Of a DNA stretch of 64,000 bases, positions 28,921 through 41,588 are shown in pieces. Source of the stretch: Eledone cirrhosa (taxonomy: Eukaryota); assembly GCA_964016885.1 (NCBI GenBank), contig OZ024759.1, positions 15,934,001-15,998,000 of the forward strand, written 5' to 3'. The stretch's first letter is position 1; each line of letters begins with the position of its first letter. The position numbers and the translations under genes were made by a program. The notes beneath the pieces are model-generated. The model did not search any database and was not told the DNA's origin. It saw nothing but the letters and a program-made list of their open reading frames with translations.

Positions 28921-29034
28921 TGTATGTATATATGTATGTTTGTGTGTATGTATGGTTTCATTGGGCTGTAGTTGATGCTGGTGTAATATGTCTCGTATCA
29001 TAAAAGTATAAAACTGATCTCTTTCTACTGAAAA

Positions 29035-29205
29035 CATTTTTTTCAAATTCCAACCCGCCCGTCCCTTCAATCTATCTTATTTCTCATTCTTTCTTCTGGT
29101 GAAAGACTAGCGTCCGAAACGTTTAGACCTTCTTCCTGCTATTTCAAGCGTTTACCTAACATATACTGTACCGATTGTGTTGTTATTTCTGTTACCTTTT
29201 ACCTT
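29035..29205 (+). mobile_element. Penelope-like terminal fragment (family B) with minimal HHR at 29092-29127
   Basis: TCTT-CTGGTGA-A-AGAC TAGC GTCC-GAAACGTT-TAGA (degenerate); homologous to 3958-4135. Confidence 0.65.
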
Positions 29206-29340
29206 TTATACATATATATAATAGTAGAACATATGTAGGTTATATCCGTAGTAGTACAGCACTCAGACTATGGGACGAGTTTGGTAGAAGTAGTTCTGCA
29301 ACTGTTAGTTCACTATTTCCGAGAATAATTTGGTTTAGAC

Positions 29341-29380
29341 TGAGCTGATGATCCGTCTAAGGTGAAACAAGTTGTTCTCG
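29341..29380 (+). ncRNA. Minimal type I HHR motif (family E) inside inverted repeat 29287-29414
   Basis: TGAG-CTGATGA-T CC gtctaa GG T-GAA-ACAAgTTGT-T-CTCG. Confidence 0.65.
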
Positions 29381-29756
29381 GGAATAGTGCAGTAACTGTT
29401 GTGGAACTACTTCCATATATATATTGTTTTATTATATATATATATATATTTCAGAAGATCCCGTTAAGGGTGAAAGCAGCGATTCTTTGCTTAAACTTTA
29501 ATCTGTTATTTTAATAAATATATATATATTGTTTTATTAACCTGTTGTTTTATTATATATATATTGTTTTATTAACCTGTTGGTCTTCTCGTTGCTTCGG
29601 TGTTGTGGCTGGGCTTGCTTGCCACTATTTTCAATTTGTCATGCCGTCAAACAAATGTTATTATTCTGAAATTCCTCATTGAGTGCTTGGCTGCACAATT
29701 CTCATTGTATCTCGTTGTCTTGGCTACAGCCGAATCTTCGATTTTACTAAACTTCC

Positions 29757-29796
<40 letters not shown>

Positions 29797-29884
29797 AGAT
29801 TCAGGACCTCGACGGCTGAGCTCCATATATATATATTTATATATAATATATAAGATCAAAAGATGGTTAAAGGAGTTCCATGTA

Positions 29885-29951
29885 TTTTATGATGCGCATT
29901 TCAAAAACAAACATCATCATGCAATAATATTTGTGTTTTCATCAGATAAAA
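29885..29951 (-). ncRNA. Type I HHR motif (family F, minus copy)
   Basis: TTTTAT-CTGATGA-long stem II-GAA-ATGCGCAT-C-ATAAAA. Confidence 0.8.
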
Positions 29952-30092
29952 CAGGAGAACATGATATGAAGGCTAAAAAACACTTGTGGATAGTGCAGTT
30001 TTAAATCAACATATCAGTTTTAAATCAACATATGCAGTTTTAAAACTGCACTATCCACAAGTGTTTTTTAGCCTTCATATCATGTTCTCCTG

Positions 30093-30159
30093 TTTTATCT
30101 GATGAAAACACAAATATTATTGCATGATGATGTTTGTTTTTGAAATGCGCATAATAAAA
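30093..30159 (+). ncRNA. Type I HHR motif (family F, plus copy) in inverted repeat 29845-30200
   Basis: TTTTAT-CTGATGA-AAACACAAATATTAT/ATGATGTTTGTTTTT stem II-GAA-ATGCGCAT-A-ATAAAA. Confidence 0.8.
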
Positions 30160-30290
30160 TACATGGAACTCCTTTAACCATCTTTTGATCTTATATATTA
30201 TGTATACTCCAGTCCTACAAACTGTAGAGTGCTTCTTATCCGATATCTGCATTGCTTTATTGTACTACAATAAAACTCACCTCCTACATA

Positions 30291-30334
<44 letters not shown>

Positions 30335-30339
<5 letters not shown>

Positions 30340-30525
30340 GTTTCTACTTTTGGCACAAGGCCAGTAAATATACCATTGTATTACTGGTACTTTATTTTAT
30401 CGACCCAGTAAGGATGAAAGGCAAAGTTAACCTCGGCGGGATTTGAACTCAGAATGGCAAGGGCCGTAACTCAATGCGTCTAAGCATAGCGTCCGACCCT
30501 CTACCGATAGTGCCAATCTACCAAT
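30335..30525 (-). mobile_element. OK-type SINE
   Basis: Reverse complement of the consensus seen elsewhere in the window. Confidence 0.9.
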
Positions 30526-30868
30526 TATATATATAATAAAACATAAGATCAAGTGATGTACATTTTGTAGTAGGAATTATTAGATTAATATTTTTTACTT
30601 ATCAACCTATCCTTTTTAACGAGTATTATGCTAGTATATATGTATATGTGGGGTAGGGTCTAGAGGTTATTGTAGATGTTCCCTTGTGGGATACTATAAA
30701 TTCTCCTTCGCTGGTACCTGTTGGTTAATTCAACTTGCTACTATTTCTTGTCAGACGCTACTATTTACACTGTGAATCTCTCCGAGAGTAAAGCTTATAT
30801 TATATATTTTAATATCAGTTTATGTTGACTGAAACTAATGGCCGTATTTTGTATATTTTATTTTGCAG

Positions 30869-30937
30869 ACTGCCCTGGACTTAAAAAATGTTGAGGTAAC
30901 CATGAAAAGCAGACATACTCGAACAATGCAATTCATG
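30869..30937 (+). CDS. Candidate internal coding exon (69 bp, phase 0-0), gene unknown
   Basis: Acceptor TTTTATTTTGCAG, donor ATG|GTAAGT; open frame TALDLKNVEVTMKSRHTRTMQFM; length is a multiple of 3. Confidence 0.6.
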
Positions 30938-31189
30938 GTAAGTAGCATCATTTTACTTAGGTTCAAATAGTACTAACATAGCGTGATTCATAATGGAGGT
31001 GTATATGAAGACATATACATGGGTCACGTTCACTTCAAAATATGTTTTAAAGTAAAATTATTAATCATACTGTCTGAGAAATGGACCAATCAACCTGAGT
31101 GCTAAAAATAGCCACTGTTAGAACTTAAACCCACCTCCATATGAATATATTTTGTCTTGCCAATTTTTTAACCTTGAATTATATATATA

Positions 31190-31737
31190 CTAGACCACCC
31201 GTGACCCGTTGTGTCACGTTTACTTCAAAATATGTTTTAAAAATCATGTTCAATTAAAAATAATTTTACGTGTGTGTATGTATATATACAAATGTGTGTG
31301 TTTGTATACATATATATATGTGTATGTGTGTGTATATATATATATATGTGGGTGTCTGAGATCTATATACACTGGTCATAGACACACACACATATATACA
31401 CACTCACACAACACCACCAACTCTCTTCCATTATCCTTCTATGTCTCCTTTCCCTCTCTCTATGTCTCTCTCTCTATGTCTCTCTTTCAATCTACTCTGC
31501 CACAACCACTCTCTCTTCCTCTCTATCTTTCTTTCTCTCTGTTGATGATAGTACCCGGAAAAAACCCATATCTCGGGAACCCGTGGTCCAATTTACGCGA
31601 AACTTATTTTATTCCATTTGTATTCCCATTTCAGCGTCAACTTCCTTTCAAAGTATTTTCCCCATTATTCACCATTTTGGTTGTATTACATTACAGACAA
31701 GCAAGCAAGCAATCACAGACTTTTAGTATTATATAGA
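31190..31737 (-). mobile_element. Non-autonomous Helitron
   Basis: Minus strand starts A|TCTATATAATAC and ends in hairpin CGTGAC-acaacgg-GTCACG followed by CTAG|T; a related 5' fragment lies at ~51165-51250. Confidence 0.75.
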
Positions 31738-31796
31738 TATAGATATACATCTTGCTATTAAGGTGATCGTGTCACATCTGTCTCAGCAGCAGTATA

Positions 31797-32006
31797 AACT
31801 GTGTTTCAGAATGTTTTATCCATCATCAGTGACGCTTATTCACTCAGTACTGGGATAAGAATAAGCTATATGCACATGAGCTTCTCCTGTGGCTGTTTTA
31901 TATTGAAAGCACTTTATAAGCTATAGGTTATTCTTGCCTCAGTACCACGTGAAGGGACATCACTGATGACGGATAAGAACAAATCCTAAAACACTGGTGT
32001 TTGGCG
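31797..32006. mobile_element. Diverged inverted repeat with degenerate divergent HHR motifs (family G)
   Basis: TCATCAG at 31823 and CTGATGA at 31963; plus copy CATCA-CTGATGA-cGGAT..ATCCt-AAAA-CACtgGTG-TT-TGGCG. Confidence 0.5.
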
Positions 32007-32114
32007 TTCTTACGCGGCTACATACATACCTATTAAATGATCATAGCTTACGATATTCATAATGAGACTTATATATGTCTATTATACATAAACCTATCGT
32101 ATATGGCTTCGTCG

Positions 32115-32790
32115 GCGAATTTACAGAGTTGCTAGAATGCCGAATACGGCGTTTCTTGGGCATTTTAAGCCTGGTGGAGCCTATCCCTTCTCCAGATATG
32201 AATACAGCAAATTTCATCCAGAGAAGGACAGAGAGTGAGGGAGAGAGAAAGTGAGAAAGAGATAAAGAGGAATAATCTCACCCAGTACTTGACAAGTACG
32301 TTTTTCATCGACCTCGGAAGAGTGAAACGCAAAGTTGCGATCAGCAAATCACAGTAATAGAGAGGAAATGAGAAAGAAATATGGAGGAAGATTCGCCCCC
32401 ATTACTTGACTGGTACTTTTTTTTTTATTAACCTCGAAAGGATGAAAGGCAAAGTTGACCTCGGCAAACCACAGTGTTAGAAAGGAAGTGAGAAAGAAAT
32501 ATTGAGGAAAAATCGCCCTCGTTACTTGACTGGTACTTTTTTTATCAACCTCGAAAGGATAAAAGGCAAAGTTGATCTCGGTGGGATTTGAACACGGAGT
32601 TCAGAAAGGAACAGCTCGTCGGGTCGGACCAAGGAATCAATGTTTCCATTCGTCTTTTCATAGCTAATACTGTCTGCCGTCGTAACTCCTGGCAGAAGAA
32701 CGGAGCTGATCGTCAGATATCAACCAAGGAACCAATGTTTCCGCAACGAATACAACATGGCACTAACCACTCTGCCAATTCGCCATCTAT
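32115..32790 (-). mobile_element. Long-tailed OK-type SINE with an internal ~120-bp tandem duplication and ~1.5 copies of the 95-bp module in its head
   Basis: Three repeats of CCC.GT.ACTTGAC..GTAC...GCAAAGTTG; 32605-32745 is the reverse complement of the satellite monomer. Confidence 0.75.
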
Positions 32791-33030
32791 TCTATTATAT
32801 ACTAAGGTCTTTTTTTCAAGTAAACTGAGATTCTTTGATAGAAGGCAACTATCGTCATCTTTCTACATCTGTGTGTTATCTTTCTACCATTATACACAGG
32901 TTTACTCTTCATTCAATCAGGTTTTTTCTGGTTTCTTTTATTGGTTTCATGAATGAAATATCTGCTGAGATTTCCACTTTGAAAATCTCAGCAGATAAAA
33001 GAAAAGCAGGTTCATTTATATACATATGTA

Positions 33031-33160
<130 letters not shown>

Positions 33161-33206
33161 TATATAATATACACATATATATATATATACACATATATAT
33201 ATATAC

Positions 33207-33273
<67 letters not shown>

Positions 33274-33382
33274 CATATATATACATATATATATATATAC
33301 ATATATATATATACATATATATTTATATATATATATATTATATACATATATATACACATATATATATATATACATATATATT

Positions 33383-33414
<32 letters not shown>

Positions 33415-33527
33415 AATATATATTTATATATATATATATTATATACATATATATACACATATATATACGTATATACACATATATATATATATACATATAT
33501 ATACGTATATATACATATATATACACT

Positions 33528-33581
<54 letters not shown>

Positions 33582-33699
33582 TAATTCATATACACATATA
33601 TATATGTATATATACTTATATATATATATATATACATATATAATATATATACACATATACATATATATATATATACATATACATATATATACACACACT

Positions 33700-33760
<61 letters not shown>

Positions 33761-33940
33761 TTCTTTTAACATTCATATTGAACATGTTGATTATCTAAAA
33801 TATGATTATGTCAGGCGTATATTGCTGCGAAAATCTGAAATTAATGTAATTGACATTGAATATTTGTCGCACAGAAGCTAAGGTGTAAATGTAAAAAGGA
33901 TTGAAGTTTTTCATAAAGCTAATACGTTGTTTCCATGCTA

Positions 33941-33981
<41 letters not shown>

Positions 33982-34117
33982 GATTCCCTATGCATGTGTA
34001 TGTATATATAGGTATATATGCATAGGTATGTTTCTCTGTACCACGTGGGTGGGTGGATGCGTTTATATGTGTGTGTGTATATGTATATATATATATATAT
34101 ATATATAGGTATATATT

Positions 34118-34258
34118 TAGGTATGTTTCTCTATACGTATATGGACGGGTGCGTTTGAATATGTATATATATATATAAAATATATATATATATATAAAAT
34201 ATATATATATATATAAAATATATATATATAAATTATATATATATATATATATTTTATA

Positions 34259-34306
<48 letters not shown>

Positions 34307-34343
34307 TCATACGCACCCGTCCACATACGTATAGAGAAACATA

Positions 34344-34347
<4 letters not shown>
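34118..34347. repeat. Short inverted repeat (~45-bp arms) around (TA)n
   Basis: TAGGTATGTTTCTCTATACGTAT...ATACGTATAGAGAAACATACCTA. Confidence 0.85.
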
Positions 34348-34417
<70 letters not shown>

Positions 34418-34564
34418 TGTGTATGTTTGTATGTGGACCTATATTCAAATTCTATGAGGTGTATAATGGAATGAGGTGTATAATGGAAGAAGCAATAGGA
34501 ATCAACCGAGTCCACAACCCTAATCAACCCACCTCACCATTTTTCATGATCTAATGTTGTGTTT

Positions 34565-35010
34565 GTGTAGTGGCCTAGTGGTTGGGGTGTTGGACTCAAG
34601 ATCATATGACCATGGGTTCGATTCCTGGACCAGGCAGCATGTGGTATTCTTGACCAAAATACAGTACATTATTTTCAGGATGTTTCCTCAACCAGGTATT
34701 ACGACCGGCAGATAGTATCAGTCGTGGAAAGAATATTGGAAACATTGATTCCTTGGTCCGATCTGATGATCAGCTCCTTTCTTCTATCAGATGTTACAAC
34801 CAACAGATAGAGTCGGCAATGAAAAGGCCAATGGAAATATTGATTCCTTGGTTAGATCTGAAAATCAACTCCTTTCTTCCGCCAGGAGTTTCGACGGTAG
34901 ACAGTATCAGCTATGAAAAGTCCAATAGGAACATTGATTCCTTGGTTCGACCTAACGAGCTGCTCGTATCTGCCTGGAATTATGATCGATAGAGCGTAAG
35001 TAACAGTAAT
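34565..35010 (+). mobile_element. tRNA-headed SINE 5' region leading into three diverged 95-bp monomers
   Basis: TGGCCTAGTGG (A-box-like), GGTTCGATTCC (B-box-like); monomers near 34738, 34833 and 34928. Confidence 0.75.
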
Positions 35011-38000
35011 GGAAACATTGATTCTTTGGTCCGATCTGATGATCAGCTCCTTTCTTCTATCAGATGTTACAATCAACAGATAGAGTCGGCAATGAAAATA
35101 CCAATGGAAACATTGATTCTTTGGTCCGATCTGATGATCAGCTCCTTTCTTCTATCAGATGTTACAACCAACAGATAGAGTCGGCAATGAAAAGGCCAAT
35201 GGAAACATTGATTCCTTGGTCCGATCTGATGATCAGCTCCTTTCTTCTATCAGATAATACAACCAACAGATAGAGTCGGCAATGAAAATACCAATGGAAA
35301 CATTGATTCCTTGGTCCGATCTGATGATCAGCTCCTTTCTTCTATCAGATAATACAACCAACAGATAGAGTCGGCAATGAAAATACCAATGGAAACATTG
35401 ATTCCTTGGTCCGATCTGATGATCAGCTCCTTTCTTCTGCCAGATGTTACAACCAACAGATAGAGTCGGCAATGAAAAGACCAATGGAAACATTGATTCC
35501 TTGGTCCGATCTGATGATCAGCTCCTTTCTTCTATCAGATGTTACAACCAACAGATAGAGTCGGCAATGAAAAGGCCAATGGAAACATTGATTCCTTGGT
35601 CCGATCTGATGATCAGCTCCTTTCTTCTATCAGATGTTACAACCAACAGATAGAGTCGGCAATGAAAAGGCCAATGGAAACATTGATTCCTTGGTCCGAT
35701 CTGATGATCAGCTCCTTTCTTCTATCAGATGTTACAACCAACAGATAGAGTCGGCAATGAAAAGACCAATGGAAACATTGATTCCTTGGTCAGATCTGAT
35801 GATCAGCTCCTTTCTTCTATCAGATGTTACAACCAACAGATAGAGTCGGCAATGAAAAGACCAATGGAAACATTGATTCCTTGGTCAGATCTGATGATCA
35901 GCTCCTTTCTTCTATCAAATGTTACAACCAACAGATAGAGTCGGCAATGAAAAGACCAATGGAAACATTGATTCCTTGGTCCGATCTGATGATCAGCTCC
36001 TTTCTTCTATCAGATGTTACAACCAACAGATAGAGTCGGCAATGAAAAGACCAATGGAAACATTGATTCCTTGGTCAGATCTGATGATCAGCTCCTTTCT
36101 TCTATCAAATGTTACAACCAACAGATAGAGTCGGCAATGAAAAGACCAATGGAAACATTGATTCCTTGGTCCGATCTGATGATCAGCTCCTTTCTTCTAT
36201 CAGATGTTACAACCAACAGATAGAGTCGGCAATGAAAAGACCAATGGAAACATTGATTCCTTGGTCCGATCTGATGATCAGCTCCTTTCTTCTATCAGAT
36301 GTTACAACCAACAGATAGAGTCGGCAATGAAAAGGCCAATGGAAACATTGATTCCTTGGTCAGATCTGATGATCAGCTCCTTTCTTCTATCAGATGTTAC
36401 AACCAACAGATAGAGTCGGCAATGAAAAGGCCAATGGAAACATTGATTCCTTGGTCAGATCTGATGATCAGCTCCTTTCTTCTATCAAATGTTACAACCA
36501 ACAGATAGAGTCGGCAATGAAAAGGCCAATGGAAACATTGATTCCTTGGTCCGATCTGATGATCAGCTCCTTTCTTCTATCAGATGTTACAACCAACAGA
36601 TAGAGTCGGCAATGAAAAGGCCAATGGAAACATTGATTCCTTGGTCAGATCTGATGATCAGCTCCTTTCTTCTATCAGATGTTACAATCAACAGATAGAG
36701 TCGGCAATGAAAAGACCAATGGAAACATTGATTCCTTGGTCAGATCTGATGATCAGCTCCTTTCTTCTATCAGATGTTACAATCAACAGATAGAGTCGGC
36801 AATGAAAAGACCAATGGAAACATTGATTCCTTGGTCAGATCTGATGATCAGCTCCTTTCTTCTATCAGATGTTACAACCAACAGATAGAGTCGGCAATGA
36901 AAAGACCAATGGAAACATTGATTCCTTGGTCAGATCTGATGATCAGCTCCTTTCTTCTATCAGATGTTACAATCAACAGATAGAGTCGGCAATGAAAAGA
37001 CCAATGGAAACATTGATTCCTTGGTCAGATCTGATGATCAGCTCCTTTCTTCTATCAGATGTTACAATCAACAGATAGAGTCGGCAATGAAAAGACCAAT
37101 GGAAACATTGATTCCTTGGTCAGATCTGATGATCAGCTCCTTTCTTCTATCAGATGTTACAATCAACAGATAGAGTCGGCAATGAAAAGACCAATGGAAA
37201 CATTGATTCCTTGGTCAGATCTGATGATCAGCTCCTTTCTTCTATCAGATGTTACAATCAACAGATAGAGTCGGCAATGAAAAGACCAATGGAAACATTG
37301 ATTCCTTGGTCAGATCTGATGATCAGCTCCTTTCTTCTATCAGATGTTACAACCAACAGATAGAGTCGGCAATGAAAAGACCAATGGAAACATTGATTCC
37401 TTGGTCAGATCTGATGATCAGCTCCTTTCTTCTATCAGATGTTACAATCAACAGATAGAGTCGGCAATGAAAAGACCAATGGAAACATTGATTCCTTGGT
37501 CAGATCTGATGATCAGCTCCTTTCTTCTATCAGATGTTACAATCAACAGATAGAGTCGGCAATGAAAAGACCAATGGAAACATTGATTCCTTGGTCCGAT
37601 CTGATGATCAGCTCCTTTCTTCTATCAGATGTTACAACCAACAGATAGAGTCGGCAATGAAAAGGCCAATGGAAACATTGATTCCTTGGTCAGATCTGAT
37701 GATCAGCTCCTTTCTTCTATCAGATGTTACAACCAACAGATAGAGTCGGCAATGAAAAGGCCAATGGAAACATTGATTCCTTGGTCAGATCTGATGATCA
37801 GCTCCTTTCTTCTATCAGATGTTACAATCAACAGATAGAGTCGGCAATGAAAAGACCAATGGAAACATTGATTCCTTGGTCAGATCTGATGATCAGCTCC
37901 TTTCTTCTATCAGATGTTACAATCAACAGATAGAGTCGGCAATGAAAAGACCAATGGAAACATTGATTCCTTGGTCCGATCTGATGATCAGCTCCTTTCT

Positions 38001-38575
38001 TCTATCAGATGTTACAATCAACAGATAGAGTCGGCAATGAAAAGACCAATGGAAACATTGATTCCTTGGTCAGATCTGATGATCAGCTCCTTTCTTCTAT
38101 CAGATGTTACAACCAACAGATAGAGTCGGCAATGAAAAGGCCAATGGAAACATTGATTCCTTGGTCCGATCTGATGATCAGCTCCTTTCTTCTATCAGAT
38201 GTTACAACCAACAGATAGAGTCGGCAATGAAAAGGCCAATGGAAACATTGATTCCTTGGTCCGATCTGATGATCAGCTCCTTTCTTCTATCAAATGTTAC
38301 AACCAACAGATAGAGTCGTCAATGAAAAGACCAATGGAAACATTGATTCCTTGGTCAGATCTGATGATCAGCTCCTTTCTTCTATCAGATGTTACAACCA
38401 ACAGATAGAGTCGGCAATGAAAAGACCAATGGAAACATTGATTCCTTGGTCAGATCTGATGATCAGCTCCTTTCTTCTATCAGATGTTACAATCAACAGA
38501 TAGAGTCGGCAATGAAAAGACCAATGGAAACATTGATTCCTTGGTCAGATCTGATGATCAGCTCCTTTCTTCTGC
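35011..38575 (+). repeat. 95-bp tandem satellite, 38 nearly identical copies
   Basis: GGAAACATTG recurs every 95 bp from 35011 to 38526; only a few variable positions. Confidence 0.98.
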
Positions 38576-38739
38576 CAGGAATCGCGAACGACAGAGAATA
38601 CGTAACAGCAATGAAAACATTCTGACGATTTTCCGATTTAATTTTTGTTCATCATTATCGTTGTATTATGTTTTAATGACGCAAGATGTCAAACTAATGT
38701 AAAACTCGATTTCGGAATGTGGAGGCGGTTTGTGGAGGG

Positions 38740-39030
38740 TGGAGGCGGTTTATGGAGGGTGTTGGACTTACGGTCATAATATCGTGGGTTTGACTCCTTG
38801 ACTGGGTTGTGTATTGTGTTCTTGAGCAAAACACATCATTTCACGTTGCTCCAGTACACTCAGCTGAAAAGAAGTATCAGCAATAGCTGGGGCTTTAACT
38901 CTGCGATTAACTAGCGTCCTGTCTAGGGTAGAGGAGTCGTGTACTCTCAGTTGCTTGATGCTACGAAACCGGGATAAACAGCGGCCTGATCAGCCTCCTG
39001 CTTGAGACACAGTTTAGACTAGACTAGAGT
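38740..39030 (+). mobile_element. tRNA-headed SINE with a Nin/Deu-like central motif
   Basis: GTGTTCTTGAGCAAAACAC...CACTCAGCTG...TGCTACGAAACCGGGATAAAC..CGGCCTGAT; the domain label is from recall only. Confidence 0.6.
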
Positions 39031-39193
39031 AGGCATTCGATCATGACTAGAGCCATATAATTCAAATCTCTTTTATATAGTGATTCTAAGTTAGACAATC
39101 ACGTTGCCAACACTTGTGACTTTATTTTAATTAGACAGACCAATGTGGTTCTGTTCTACTTTGTGGATACAATTCTAACTATAAGCTACAATT

Positions 39194-39281
<88 letters not shown>

Positions 39282-39408
39282 TTCTTTTTCTCTGCGTCAA
39301 AACATGACAGACTGAACTCTGATGAGACATCAATAACTATTGAAAATATTCAATCTCTTTTTCATTCCACTGAGACCAAAAAACATGATGCCTGACCATG
39401 GTGAATAC

Positions 39409-39474
<66 letters not shown>

Positions 39475-39546
39475 TAATTACATAAATACATATATTTACA
39501 TATATATATCTACATATATTTACGCATATATATCTATGTATATATT

Positions 39547-39646
<100 letters not shown>

Positions 39647-39775
39647 TGTGTGTGTGTGTGATTTTTATGCCTGTGTATGTCACTGAGTGAGTGTGAATAT
39701 ATATATATACATATATATACTCACACCCACTCAGAGACACACACACAGGCATAAAAATCACACATACACACACAC

Positions 39776-39813
<38 letters not shown>

Positions 39814-39849
39814 GTGTGAGTGCATAAATGTGTCTCTGGGTGGGTGTGA

Positions 39850-39894
<45 letters not shown>

Positions 39895-40189
39895 CACACA
39901 GAGACATATATATATATATATATTTATATATATACGTACGTACGTATGTATGTAGATATTTATATTGCACAATTGCATGTGATTTTATGCCTTTATATGC
40001 CTCTGTGGGTATGTGTGTATGTATATGTGCGTGTGTATGTGGATATGATTATATGTGTAGCTTGAAATTTACACATAAATATGTATTTTCCTGTATAGAA
40101 CACACATTAAAAAGTTGATCTCAGGGGAAATGACAGCCATTAATGTTCATAACAGAAAACATACTGCAGTAAATTCATTATTGGTCTAT

Positions 40190-40635
40190 ATTTATACACA
40201 TATACATACATACACACACATACACACACACACATACATACACACACACACACATACATATATACATATATAAACACAGATATACACACACATGCGCACA
40301 TACGTACATACACACACATACATACACACACGCACACATACATATATACATATATACATACATATATACACACATATGCGCACATACATACACAAACACA
40401 CACACACATACATATATACATATATACATATATACGCACAGATATACACACACATGCGCACATACGTACATACACACACATACATACACACATGCATATA
40501 TACATATATACATACATATATACACACATATGCGCACATACATACACAAACACACACACACATACATATATACATATATACGCACAGATATACACACACA
40601 TGCGCACATACGTACATACACACACATACATACAT

Positions 40636-40666
<31 letters not shown>

Positions 40667-41470
40667 TACATATATACATATATACATACATATATACACA
40701 CATATGCGCACATACATACACAAACATACACACACATACATATAAACATATATATATATATACGCACAGATATGCACACACATGCGCACATACATACATA
40801 CACACACACACCTACATACACATACATATGCATGTACATACACACACCTACACATACACACATACATATATGCACACACACACATACATACACACACACC
40901 TACATACACATACATATACATGTACACACACACACCTACACATACACACATACATATATACACACACGCACATTTACACACATGCACACATACATACACA
41001 TGCATACACACATACATACACACACATACATTTATACATATATGCACACACATATACACACATGCATACATACACACATAAACACACATACATATATACA
41101 TATATACACACAGATACACACACATACATACACACACACATGCATACACACATACATACACACACATACATTTATACATATATGCACACACATATACACA
41201 CATGCATACATACATACACACATAAACACACATACATATATACATATATACACACAGATACACACACACACACATTTACACACACACATACATACACATG
41301 CATACACACATACACACACATACATTTATACATATATGCACACACATATACACACATGCATACATACATACACACATAAACACACATACATATATACATA
41401 TATACACACAGATACACACACATACATACACACACACATATATGCACACTTACATACACGCAGGCGCACA
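40190..41470. repeat. (CA)/(CATA) compound microsatellite with higher-order units
   Basis: Directly visible. Confidence 0.9.
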
Positions 41471-41588
41471 CATACGAGATACGAGACCACAAGCTCTCGC
41501 ACGCTCCTGACAATCTCGTGTTGCTGGCTCTCATTTTCCACGAGAGTGTGTTGAAGCAAATAACTATTCATAATTATTGTTATTATTA

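Noticed and set aside
35011-35200. Canonical hammerhead or HDV-like ribozyme call for the 95-bp monomer
   Set aside because: No register gave stem I plus a UH site; the GTCGG...GGTCCGA resemblance to HDV lacks the GG needed for P1.1. Kept only as a hypothesis.
35011-38575. CRISPR-like array
   Set aside because: Whole units are near-identical with no unique spacers, there are no cas genes, and the context is eukaryotic. The same applies to 44000-44695.
35064-38702. Series of overlapping 69-aa ORFs
   Set aside because: Artefact of a 95-bp unit (not a multiple of 3) cycling through reading frames.
39312-39355. CTGATGA...GAAAATATTC possible HHR
   Set aside because: Stems I and II do not pair convincingly.
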